This document shows, one piece after another, positions 49,214 to 64,000 of a DNA stretch of 64,000 nucleotides. How positions within the stretch are numbered: position 1 is the stretch's first letter; each line of letters begins with the position of its first letter. The notes under the pieces are model-generated. The model was not told where the DNA came from. It saw nothing but the letters and a program-made list of their open reading frames with translations, and searched no databases. The DNA is from the human T2T-CHM13v2.0 reference genome, Homo sapiens: the NCBI RefSeq assembly GCF_009914755.1, contig NC_060927.1, one strand, 5' to 3'. A program made the position numbers and the translations under genes.

Positions 49214-51119
49214 TGGCAGATCCATTGAGTTTGATTCCTGCACAATCCAGTCCTGTCACAGACAGTTTTGGTCCATGTATCTTTCCAGAGAACTGCCATG
49301 AAGTAGAAAAACAGAATTTTCTCCCACCATGTAGACAGTATCCAGAGTGATCTGTGTCCCTGGAAGTGGCTAACTTGGGATGCAAACAACACAAAAGTAG
49401 TATTTTTCTTTACCATATACCAAGTATGAGCCTGCTTGATATGACTTTAAAAGGCACAGTAATGAAGACACATTAAGAGCAATTCTGTCATACAATCTAA
49501 ATCATATTCTCAACATGGAAGAGGGAGCAGAAAACTGGTGAAATGGTTTCTAGGGCCATCATTACTGGTAATGAAGACGTCAGAAGATCCAACTGTGCCT
49601 GTGTAATTATTACATGAAATAGTCACTTTCAGACTGCAATGAATTCCAGGCCATTCAGGTTTCCCAATCAGTATCATATTTCTATCCCATTACAAGTAGA
49701 TTCACGTACATCCATCCATACATACATATACACACACACACAGAAACATACCCACACACTCGCCCCTGCTGTGAACAATCTGTGCACAAGGGGTGAAGAG
49801 AGCTAACACCTGGAGACACTACAGTTTCCTTTCAACTCAGAGGTGTCTGTTTCCAAACCCACTTGATTATCTCACCAAGCCTTCCTAAACTCCATGATGA
49901 GAGAGCCCTGGGACATCGCCTCCCAGAAATTTGGCAACTAGTGGAAGGAAGAGACACAAGCCCATGCAGCATCTTGCACACTGCAAACACTGCAAGCCAG
50001 CCCCTATTCAGGACCCGTTAGACACTGCGAGGCATCCCCCTAGTTGGGCAGGTACCCTTGCCTGTCCTTCCTCCACCCTTTCTCCAAAATGGTCCTGAAC
50101 TGAGACCTGCAGCTGCTCCCATCCTATGCCTTCACACAGTATTTTCTCTACAGCCCTATCAAGTCATAATTATCCAGGTTCCTGACACTAAAAACTAGTT
50201 TCAGAAATAAATAGCTGCTAAAATCAATTCAAACATAAATAGCTAATCTTTATGGAGCACTTACTATGTACAGGCACTGTTGGGTGCACTTTCCACGTGT
50301 TAGCTTATGTAATACCCACAGGAAAGCCAGTGTGAGGAAGACGCATTGTCAGGCCAGGAAAGGTTTTGAACCTCAAGCAAAACCTGGAGAGGTATGCCAG
50401 GAATGAGGCACAATCTCTCCCTTTAATGAGCTCACTACCTTGTATGGAAATGAGGACCTAACTCAGAGTTCAGAGTAAGTAAAAAAGCCACAAAGTAGAC
50501 ATTAAAGGAGCCCAAAGGAGGAAGAATTTGTGCATCCTAGCAGGATTCTGGAGGGCTTCTTGGAGGAGGTATCCCAGTGGAGAATGAAGTCATAAATACA
50601 AGGAGCTTTCCATAGCTAAGTGTCAGCTCCTCAGCTCCCAAAGCTGCTAAAAGGCCAGGCGAGTCGGCCGCCCCCTCCTCCATTTCATCTGGAGCACGCC
50701 TGTTTCCAAGAGAGGACCAGCTAGGCCCAGCCCTTCCTTTGACACATTCCTCCAGCTGCTGCCTGTCCTTATGGAAACACATGGGAACTTTTCACCATGT
50801 TCAACTTCACGACTTCCTTCGGTGCTTTCACTGGGGAGAACCTGCGTCATGGCACTTGCTTGCACAAGGGAGCCCTTTAAGGGCCTCAGCTGGTCTCCAT
50901 TGGGTTGACATGAGGACAGCCCCTTGTCTGTACCAAAGTGAGATGTAAGGGACCTACATCACCAGCAGCCAGCAAATGCATCTTTTAAAAGGCCTCTACA
51001 GATTTCTGAGAGAGGAATTTGCTTCCACTCCCTCCTCAGGAATCAGCCCCTTCAGTGCGGTAGGGTCATCCCCCCACTCCTTCCTCCTCCATACTTAAGG
51101 CTCTGCAGCAAGGGCTCAA

Positions 51120-51320
51120 ACCCTCGCTTTTGGCAACTGTGTGACCTTGAGCAAGTCACTTAACCAGTATCAATCCCAGTTTCCTTATCTCTAATTTGGG
51201 GTATATAAATAAGAACAACTCGTTCTTAGAACTGTTGTGAATCGGAGTGAGATAGTGCAAGTAAAGTATTTTACACAGAGCCGGGCATGTAGTAAACCAA
51301 CAATGAATAGTAGCTTCATT
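51120..51320 (+). mobile_element. MIR
   Basis: CTGTGTGACCTTGAGCAAGTCACTTAACC core. Confidence 0.8.
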
Positions 51321-51882
51321 TTCATCATCAATAATGACGATGATGGTGGTGGTGGGAGGGTAAACTTGGACCCGATTCGAGCTAAAAGCAAGCACCCCTT
51401 CCCCCTCTCCCCCTCCCAAGTGTATGGCTGAGCCACACGGTGGAGACACATGCGTCATCCGGCTGAGGGGTGAATGCAGGCTCTTCTGGCGGCGGGCTCA
51501 GGAACCGCCAGGCAGTGGTGTCCTAGCTCACCTGGAGGGGTCGCGGGGTGAAGCAGATTTTCTGATGGGGGAGGTCCAATAAACTACAGACCCTCTCTTT
51601 CTGTATACCCACTCAGCAGGTATGGAAACTGACTCGTGGCCAAAGAACGCCAGCTGCATCCCTCCCCCAAGGAGCCAGGACAGCGTCCACCATGCCCCTG
51701 ACTCAGTTCCCCAACTCTCTCTCGGGTGCAGGCGAGACTGCGCTGCACTTAGTGGCGGAGATAACAGGTTGGCCAGCCAGGCCTGAGAAACGTCCCCCCG
51801 CTACCTTGCGCAAACCCAGCCCCCTCTTCGAAACGCAGGTGGGCAAAAAACCCTCAACCTCGCAACAACTTTGTGTATTTCA

Positions 51883-52945
<1,063 letters not shown>

Positions 52946-54164
52946 CCCCGCGGCCGCCAGCCGGCCGGCCCACCCCTCCCCTCCTCCCCGAAGGGAGAGA
53001 TTCCAACGTGCTTCCCGATGGGTCCTAAAACCGACCTGCCGGGAGAAGGCAACTCCCCCCCAACCCTTCCTGAACCCCTATCCTCTCTCCTTTTCTTTCA
53101 GTGCCCTGGACTCCGCGGATTCCTTTGGGGCTGGAGGGCCGCACACGTGTTTTACTCCAACTGTTTGCAACTTTTGAAACCCGGGCAATCTGGCTTTGGC
53201 ATTTGAAAACCATTTCAAACAGGTGGGGGTTGGGGAGGCTGCCACACTCACCCTGGCGCTCACACTCACGCACACGCGCACGCACTCGCGCCGGCCCTAA
53301 GCCTCCTAACCGCCCTCGGCCAGTGGCTGGCCAGGCTGTCGGTCACCCAGCCCGGCTGGTTCGCCGCCCCCCTTGCCGCAGGTCCCACTGAAACCCCCGA
53401 GACCCGCCCCGGGGCGCTCGCCGCCTCCCTGCCTGCCCTGCGCTTGCGGGTTCGGGTCCTGGCGCGGGGTCTGCCAGGGTCTCTGCGACCCGGGGGAGGG
53501 GGACGGTGGGATCCTCCGGTTCCCCAACTGGGATCCCTGTGCGGGTCACACGCGCTCTTACACACACCCGCATCCTTAAACTTTGGGACCAACTTTTTAG
53601 GACACGGGAAACTACAGGCAAGAGAGAGAAGCCATGGTGCTAGTGTGGGTTCAGGTATTCAACCAAAAAAGAGATCCCTCTAGCTTTTCAACTGCCCTGC
53701 CAGCAGAGACTGCTGGACCCAGTCAATCATCTGCCCCGGCCTCAAGTTCCTGGCAGGGCCGAGAAGCCTGCGGACCTACTCCGGGGCCAGGAGATAAGGA
53801 TCCCCGCCGGGCGCGGACATGCCCTGCGTCCTGGCGCCCGCGGGGGCGTGAGAGAACTCGGAATTCGCAGCCCGGGGGTAGCTGCGGCCTCCGGAGGTCG
53901 CCCGGGGGTGCGGATGGAGTGACTTCTGTCCCGGCGAGGTGGCGGACAGAAAGACTCCCATACCACAGGAAGGCTGCCCTTCCCAAATACTCCTCAAATC
54001 AGGCTGCTGAGTAGTCTCCCCAGCAGTTTGTTTTCCTCTTTAGTGATGTATAATTTTGTTCATCTTTGGTCACAGGAGAGATTCCAAGAAATGAGGGGGG
54101 TACGTTGAAACGATGAAGAAAGGATGGACACAGCAGTCGAGGTTGAGAGGTAGGCTCAGGGGTC

Positions 54165-54310
54165 CACCCTTGTGTGACCTTGAGCAAGCTTGGTGACCTC
54201 CGCGCCTCCGTTTCTCGCTGATCAAATAAGTAGAACAAGACCTCACAGGGTTCTTGGAAGTATTACGTGGGAAAACACTTATAAAGTGGCAAATAATAAA
54301 AACTCATTAT
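54165..54310 (+). mobile_element. MIR at the CpG-island edge
   Basis: TGTGTGACCTTGAGCAAG...CCTCCGTTTCTC. Confidence 0.7.
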
Positions 54311-54461
54311 ATTCTTAATAGTAGTATTACTATTTGGGAAGAAAATTGGGAAATCATTTGGGGATTCAAGTTAGTAAGTATGATAATTTATCCTCTCCTT
54401 TCTAGAACTTAGAAAATATGGGCATACTTTGTGTGTTTGTTTTTTGATGGTGGTGGTGGTG

Positions 54462-54757
54462 TTTTTAGAAACGTGGTCTTGCTTTGTCCCCAAGCTGGAG
54501 TGCAGTAGCTCGACTAGCTGATTGTAACCTCGAACTTCTGGACTCAAGCAATCCTACCACCTCAGCCTCCTGAGTATCTGGAATTATAGGCACATGCCAC
54601 CATGCCCAGCTAGTTTTATTTTTTTGATTTTTTGTAGACATGGGGGGGTCTCCCTATGTTGATTGCCCAGGCTGGTCTCAAACTCCTGGGCTCAAGCCAA
54701 CCTCCTGACTCAGCTTCCCAAAGTGCTGGGGTTATAGATGTGAGCCACCATACCTGG
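54462..54757 (-). mobile_element. Alu (AluJ-like)
   Basis: Diverged reverse Alu. Confidence 0.9.
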
Positions 54758-56101
54758 TTTAGGCATACGTTTAAACATCCTTTTAAAGCATTGTAGGGTG
54801 CTATTCTAAGCTAATAAAAGTAAGGAGGGATGTTGATGCTTCTCTCTTGGGATATCCAGAACTGAAAATCCCATTGCATTGTTGTGTTTCTGAAAAAAGG
54901 AGGTGACCAATTTTCCATGGCTTTGCTTGGTGAGAGGAACTTTGTCTCCAGCTTTTTTTCAGAAGCAATCTAGGTCAATATGAACAGCACTTCAAAACAT
55001 AAATTATCAAACCCGAGCACAGATCCAGCCAATCAGAATGTCAAGGAAGGGCTAAGTCATTTGAACTTTTAAGGTTCCCCTTATGTGTTGTTGGTACACA
55101 ACGCTGAGCACCATAGGTTTAGTATCTTGATTCCAAAGCATTGTTTGGGTCCCAGACCTTTTTGTCAAATAAACCTGTGATCCACATCTCTGTGTAAAAT
55201 AAAAACTCAAGGAGGTCAGGACACTTTGACAGTTTGGTTTACTGATGTATTATTCCCAGTTCCTAGAATGGTGCCTCGTACTAGCAAATGCTAAAATATT
55301 TGTCAAATGACTCTTTCCACAAAAATGTACATTTTTACTTTCCATGTTAGTGGGGAGTCACAGATTCCCCTGCAAATCATTAGTAAGCTTAGTAAGCTTA
55401 GCCTTGTGTGTTTCCCCACTTTGCCACTTCATATTCTAGTAAAGTGTAATTGTTTGCTAAGAATACCCACAACCAACCTTGAATTAGGAGTCCCCTACCT
55501 CTCCACTCAACTCTCACCTCTGCCTGGGGGAGTCCAAGGGCTGGACAAGACCAGGCGTTTTGTGATTCCTCCCAATGCAACAACATCCCCCTCTTGCCAG
55601 GATTCCAGGTGTCACCACAGCAGCTGAGAAAGGAAAGAACTTGGAATTTAGCATACGTCAGGTTTTAGATGTGGAAAAGCCCCAAAAGAAGGAGTAGTAC
55701 CTGTGGGCACAGAGGGCAATATGGAGAGAATAGACATTATTCTAATTCAGGAAAAGGAAAAATAATTTGAACCTTCAAAGTAGCCAAGGCTGCCAGTTTC
55801 CAGGATGCTCCCTCTGCATCTTCCCGGCTGGTGTTTCACCTGGTCTAGTTCCTGTGTCCCAGACTGGAGAAGTTCAAGGCAGAGATCATCTCTCTCCTAT
55901 CCAACCTTTGAAACCTCAATACCAAAAACCATGAACCATGCCTTGTGTGGAGTGTGCACCATACACAGTTGTTGAGTGAATTGATGAAGTGTGACATGAA
56001 ATTGTTGAATAAATGGATGAAGTATGACATGAAATTGTGTAATATGTGACCTTTGATCCAAAGCCAGTTTAGATTTGGTTGCCAAAACAGGGGTATTTAT
56101 A

Positions 56102-56148
56102 TTAGGTTGGTGCAAGAGTAATTGCAGGTTTTGCCATTACTTTCAATG
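56102..56148. mobile_element. Truncated MADE1 (Hsmar1-derived MITE): one TIR plus spacer
   Basis: TA|TTAGGTTGGTGCAAGAGTAATTGCAGGTTTTGCCATTACTTTCAATG matches the first half of recalled MADE1. Confidence 0.88.
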
Positions 56149-56332
56149 AAAAGAGCTTATAGTTATGTCATTGTGAAGTAGATTTTTCCTGAATAGATCT
56201 AAGATCCTAGTATTCTGACTTGTCTCACTTTAGCTATGAATTTGGCAATACATTCTGTTGGGAGAAATAATGCTATAAAATACCTAACTTTCAAGCTTAC
56301 TGTATATGTCAGCGTAGTGAAGTGAGTTGGGG

Positions 56333-56660
56333 GTTTTTTTGTTTGGTTTTTGTTTGTTTGTTTGTTTGTTTGTTTGTTTTGAGACAAACTCTCACTCTGT
56401 CATCCAGGCTGGAGTGCAGTGGTGCCGTCTCGGCACACTGCAACCTCAGCCTCCTGGGTTTAAGTGATTCTCACGCCTCAACCTCCCAAGTAGCTGGGAT
56501 TGCAGGAGTACACCACCATGCCCAGCTAATTTTTGCTTTTTTAGTAGAGACAGGGTTTTGCCATGTTGGCCAGGCTGGTCTCAAACTCCTGACCTCAGGT
56601 GATCCACCTACCTCGGCCTCCCAAAGTGTTGGGATTACAGGCGTGAGCCATCACGCCCAG
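56333..56660 (-). mobile_element. Alu (AluS-like) with (GTTT)n tail
   Basis: Reverse Alu. Confidence 0.95.
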
Positions 56661-57661
56661 CTGATGTGAGTTATTTTATGCAATCACCACAGTTGTGTAA
56701 GGTAGGAACTATCAGGAATGACCTTGATTTTATAACTGAGGAAAATGAAGCTAAGAAAGTGAAGAAACTTGCCCCAGAGCTTACAAGTAACAAAACCAGG
56801 AAGTGAACCCGGAGGCATGACCCAAAACCCATGCTCAGAACACTGTAGTCTGAGAGGATAGGATGTGGCCATTTAGCATATTTGGGTAACAGCATGCTCT
56901 GGACTCTTGAATCTGCTACATAGTGTATACACAGTAATTAAGTCCCCCTCCTTTCTGTCTCTTCACTTTAATCTAAAGGATACAGTGTTTCACTCCAGAA
57001 CTCAATCTCCTGTTCTCCATCTATGGGCTTTGAAGATTCAAATAATTCAGGAATGCAAAGAGAATTAATTTGCAAACATTTCTACAGTGTTTAGGCTGCA
57101 GTACAGGTGACATGCCAAACAGTCTTATATTATTGCATAAGCATTTCAACAATGAACTCCTAATACAGAGGGTAGATTCAGCTGAGAAATAAACTATAAC
57201 AGAATACACACTAGACAAATTAAGATCTTATTTGTATATAGCTAGTTCTACTAGGGGGAAGAAAAAAAAACGAATATGAAATGTGCATTTCTTTCCCTTC
57301 TCCGAAATATATTTCTTTCCAAAGTTTTCCAGTTGTGATTAAAGAAATGTGTCATTGCAGTTTAAAGTGGTAATTTTCCTCCTTTTTCTGAAAATATGAG
57401 GATGGGAAATAAGTTGGTCAGTTGCAGGGGCAAAGGAGGACATATAAATTGGTTATTTTTTTAATTTCTGAAGAAAGCTATCAGGAGGCATACATTAGAG
57501 GTTTTAGTATAAATAGGTTATATACGGTAGGGTAACCGACTCCAAACAGGTAACTCAGGGCAGAAGACCAGTAGGGGAGATTGAAGCCAGGGTAGCTTCC
57601 TCTGACCATAGTATTCCTCCCTTTAGTACTTTCAGCTAAGCAAGACAAAATAAAATGTTGT

Positions 57662-58235
<574 letters not shown>

Positions 58236-58680
58236 ATATTAAATTGTGTGACAATTGTGTGACTTTTCAAGACATCATATATGAACTATTATTTTAATAG
58301 CCCTGGAAGTAACTCCAGGAAGGGTTTAAATCCTGGTTAATGTTCTGTTTCACTTAAGTGCAAAAAAAAAATAAATCTTGGGAACTGGAATATTTGGTTA
58401 GACTTTTGGTCTGAGGAACCAAGGGAAATCAAAAAATGTATCACGAGTATCTCTCCTAAAATTTCCCAAATGGTTCAGCTATATAAAACACTAAGTATCT
58501 CAAATTATCCTATCATCCTCCATAATTCCACTGAAACTATACCTGATGGTTTACTAACACTTAATTTCCTTGAGAACAGGAAACTCTCATTTTCCCGAGA
58601 ACAGACGTGTGTACCTCTTTTATATTGTCTCCCATCAACTTTGTCAAAATATGGTAATTAGAACATGGCTTACTCTATAT

Positions 58681-58684
58681 TTCT

Positions 58685-58738
<54 letters not shown>

Positions 58739-58878
58739 AGACAGGGTCTCATTCTGTTGCCCAGGCTGGAATGCAAGATCACATCTCACTGCAGCCTCCA
58801 CCTCCCAGGCTCAAGTGATCCTCCCATCTCAGCCTCCTGAGTAGCTGGGACTGCAAGTGTGAGCCACTACACCCAACC
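58681..58878 (-). mobile_element. Alu right-arm monomer with a T43 homopolymer (58695-58737)
   Basis: Long T run followed by GAGACAGGGTCTCATTCTGTTGCCCAGG. Confidence 0.9.
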
Positions 58879-59251
58879 TTCCTCTTCTTTATTGTATATC
58901 TTTATCAATTTACTGTACCAAAACAGAACTGAGAGGGAGAAAAAGGAAAATACACATTGAAACTAAGGGTAAAATGCCCATATTTTTAAAAATACCATAC
59001 TAATATAAATTTTTGCAAGAAATTTTTAAAACAGACAAGTAAACAGGCACATTAAATTAAATCATTTGTAATCTTACCACCAATAATTAACCACTTTTTA
59101 TATTTGGTGAATCTTATACTGGACCTACATGAACTTGCATTTATTACTTTCAATAATTGAATAATATTTTATTCTCTGAATGTTTCCAAATTTATTTAAT
59201 CTTAATAGTCCATTGATGATTAGGATTCTGAAGAAGGCTAAAATAACAATT

Positions 59252-59560
59252 TGTATTAGGGTGTTTTTGATTGTCAGAGACAGAAACCCAGTTTAACTAC
59301 CTTAAGCAAAAAATGAAATATATTACTCCATGTAAGTGGCAAGACCAGAGGTGAAACTAGTTTTCAATATGTCTGGATGAAGAGGTTCAAGTGACATCCT
59401 CAGCTTTCTCTCTCTCTCTGTGTCTTGATTCTCCTTTGCTGTCTTGCCCTCACCCTCTCCCACTACATACAGATGGGTCTTCTCCAGCCAGCCAGGAAAG
59501 ATAGCTAGCTACAAGCAGCCTACATGATCCAGGTTTAGCAATCCCAGCCAAAAGGAGATT
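59252..59560 (-). mobile_element. Old MLT1 LTR fragment
   Basis: TGTATTAGGG...AGAGACAGAAACCCAGTTTAACTACCTTAAGCAAAAAA. Confidence 0.65.
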
Positions 59561-60088
59561 TTCACTAACAGGAGGGAAAAGGAATAGAGAAACTTCAGTC
59601 TCTAATAAAGCAATTTCAGTTGTTGAGGGTAGAGGTAGAGTCTGCCTGCTTTGCGGTGGCTTCCACAATAAACACGAGTGATTCAAAAACCTCATCAGCT
59701 GCCTAATCAAGCCTGGCAGAGTGTTTGGGGCTCCTTAGGGAAACCTCATCGAGGTGGGTTCCTCTGCAGACTCTTATCATGGTCTCCTTTTCTGCAGTTA
59801 CCTAAAGGTTCCACGAATTCAAGTATAGTGGGAGTTTGATTTCAATCAAAGCTGCAGTGGTTGGCCCATATTTTTATAGATGTTTTGAAGATATTCTAAA
59901 GCTGGCAACACTGCAGGATTGAACCCCTTACAATGGAAGCCAGTCAAGTGTTATACTTGTTTAATACAGATGGCTCGTTAAACTACATAACATTGATTTC
60001 AAATGTCCCAAAATGAGTCTTGAGTTTCTCTGAGGCTAAGCTGAAAATAACAATTAAATATCCCATGATGGCACATGACAGTTGGTAG

Positions 60089-60990
<902 letters not shown>

Positions 60991-62428
60991 GCAATTATTG
61001 ATTAAACACTTATTTTGTCAACTCCTTGTAGGGACTGATGGCACAGCACTAAAAGACACTTCCCCCCCACCCCAACCCCCGGAGGAAGCCTACCTCCCAA
61101 TTTGATATTGAAACAAGAAAAAAGATCAGTACTTGGTAAGGTCAATGACAGGGAAACCCAGGTTACCGTGGAGGACATCTCATTAGGGAGGATTTTAATT
61201 TGTAAACATGGCATTAGAAATTAAAAGTGCCATTGTTAGAAGAATTTCTTGTCTCCTCTCCTCTAATTTATTTTACAAGTATTTTGAGAAGTGAAAGACA
61301 AAGTCCAGCTTTATGATTACATTATGATACTCAAAGATATGTTTTATGGAGGCATTCACAGAGTTCTAAGGTGGTTAAAGTTGCCCACGATGTGAATATA
61401 TAGTTCCATAAAGGACAATGCTATCTTGCCACAAAGCTGATCCAGCAAACACTAGGTGGGGTTTTGAAAAATGACTCGGGATAACGAAGCAATCTGGAGT
61501 CTGAGCAACCTTGCTCCTTGAACTGTGCCATCTTTGGAAAATTGGCCCCCACCAAACTGTATAGCCAGATGAATGAGGACTCAGAAAGATAATGTATTAC
61601 TCACTTTCCAGATTTAGCACGTTCCTAGAATTTTAAACTCATTTTTATGGACTGTTGCCTAACTGAGGGGAGGCTTAGACAAACCCAGAGTGGTTATGAG
61701 CAACATCCCCGGGGGAGTCAGTGCCCAAATTTGGAGTCCTTGTGTCCTGAACATTCCTGACACTCCTGGCTTGGATATTCAGCCTGCCCGAGTTGGAGTA
61801 CCCCAGGGATTTTAGATGCAGCTGAGAACTGCTGAATTAAGCCAAGTGTTGGAAGATCCTGCAATTTTCATTATTAAGTTAGCCCTCTGCTTTATTGAAT
61901 GCACAAGCTGGCATATGCTTGGGAATGTTTCTGCTTCCAAACTCACAGCATCTACATTTTTCAGATGTTTGACCTTGATCTTGTGACCTTGCCTCTAGAA
62001 CTCTGAGAGTGCTGGGAATACTCACAGCTGAGTGATGGAAGCAAAAACTAGAAAACAATCTTTTTTTCTTTTTTAACTCACTTACAATACAGGGTTACCT
62101 GGCTTGAGACTAGACTGTTTTAGACTAGACTTACCTTCCTTAAGTTATTAATTTTATCATATAATCTCAGTATGACTTCACTTTTTGAATTGATACCACT
62201 AAAGCCTGAAACTATTAAAGCTATGCAATCTGCTTGCTAAGGCAAGCTGGTATTTCCTGATACTGCTATCCAGATAGCTGAGAACCTTCTCTAGAGTCAT
62301 GTTTTTCAAACTTTTCTGATTGCTGTTTGCAATAGGAGATGTATTTTTATCACTAGCACACACACACACATACACATATATACATATGGTTGAAACAAAC
62401 TTTTCATGAAACCATAATTATCCTTTCT

Positions 62429-62753
<325 letters not shown>

Positions 62754-62767
62754 CTACAATGCCCTAT

Positions 62768-62892
62768 GCCAGGGGTTACAACCCATAGTCAATCCATTCC
62801 TTAACCTATCCCTGTCTGACTCATGAGCTAAGAATGGCTTTACATTTTTAAATGGATGAAAAACAAATCAAAAGAAGAATAACATTTATATG
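62768..62892. mobile_element. MER58B-like fragment
   Basis: GAGCTAAGAATGGCTTTACATTTTTAAATGG...AATCAAAAGAAGAATA. Confidence 0.65.
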
Positions 62893-63009
62893 GAGACACA
62901 TTTACAACATGGCATGCACTGCTACAAATCTTTGCATTTACTGTCACATTAAATCTTTACAATAATTTGTCTTTGTCTTAACAAAAATCATGACCACAAT
63001 AGCAACAAT

Positions 63010-63850
<841 letters not shown>

Positions 63851-63947
63851 CCATTTATTAATTTCTAACATCCCTGTAATATCTACCCTATGGTTTTAAG
63901 GCAAAATAAGCAATATTGCTAGAGCCTTCATTAGTAATTATAGTGTG

Positions 63948-64000
63948 AGCCAGGTACAGTGGCTCATGCCTGTAATCCCAGCTACTCAGGAAGCCAAGGT
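63948..64000 (+). mobile_element. Alu start, cut by the window end
   Basis: GCCAGGTACAGTGGCTCATGCCTGTAATCCCAGC. Confidence 0.85.

Overview
Primate (very probably human) genomic DNA containing the 5' end of MAGI1 on the minus strand. The first coding exon (CDS 52332->52020, 313 nt, encoding the N-terminal PDZ0 region, phase-1 donor CAAG|GTAAGG) sits in a CpG-island promoter at about 51.5-54.2 kb. Positions 1-52019 are the first 52 kb of MAGI1 intron 1, and about 54-64 kb is upstream, repeat-rich DNA. The rest is about 40 Alu elements or fragments plus MIR, L1, L2, MLT1/LTR16 and MER/MADE1 fossils, and one Y3 RNA retro-pseudogene. Nearly all other ORFs in the track are Alu or chance ORFs. I cannot support a new biological system from sequence alone. 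The best leads are: (1) a consensus antisense intron (52830-53101) spanning the probable MAGI1 start site; (2) a 5' leader in which all five proximal uAUGs belong to uORFs linked by stop/start overlaps; (3) a candidate recursive splice site at 26464/26465; (4) a 130-bp non-TE duplication 4.1 kb apart; (5) a microhomology-fused inverted Alu pair. Repeat family names come from recalled consensus sequences, and their boundaries are approximate.
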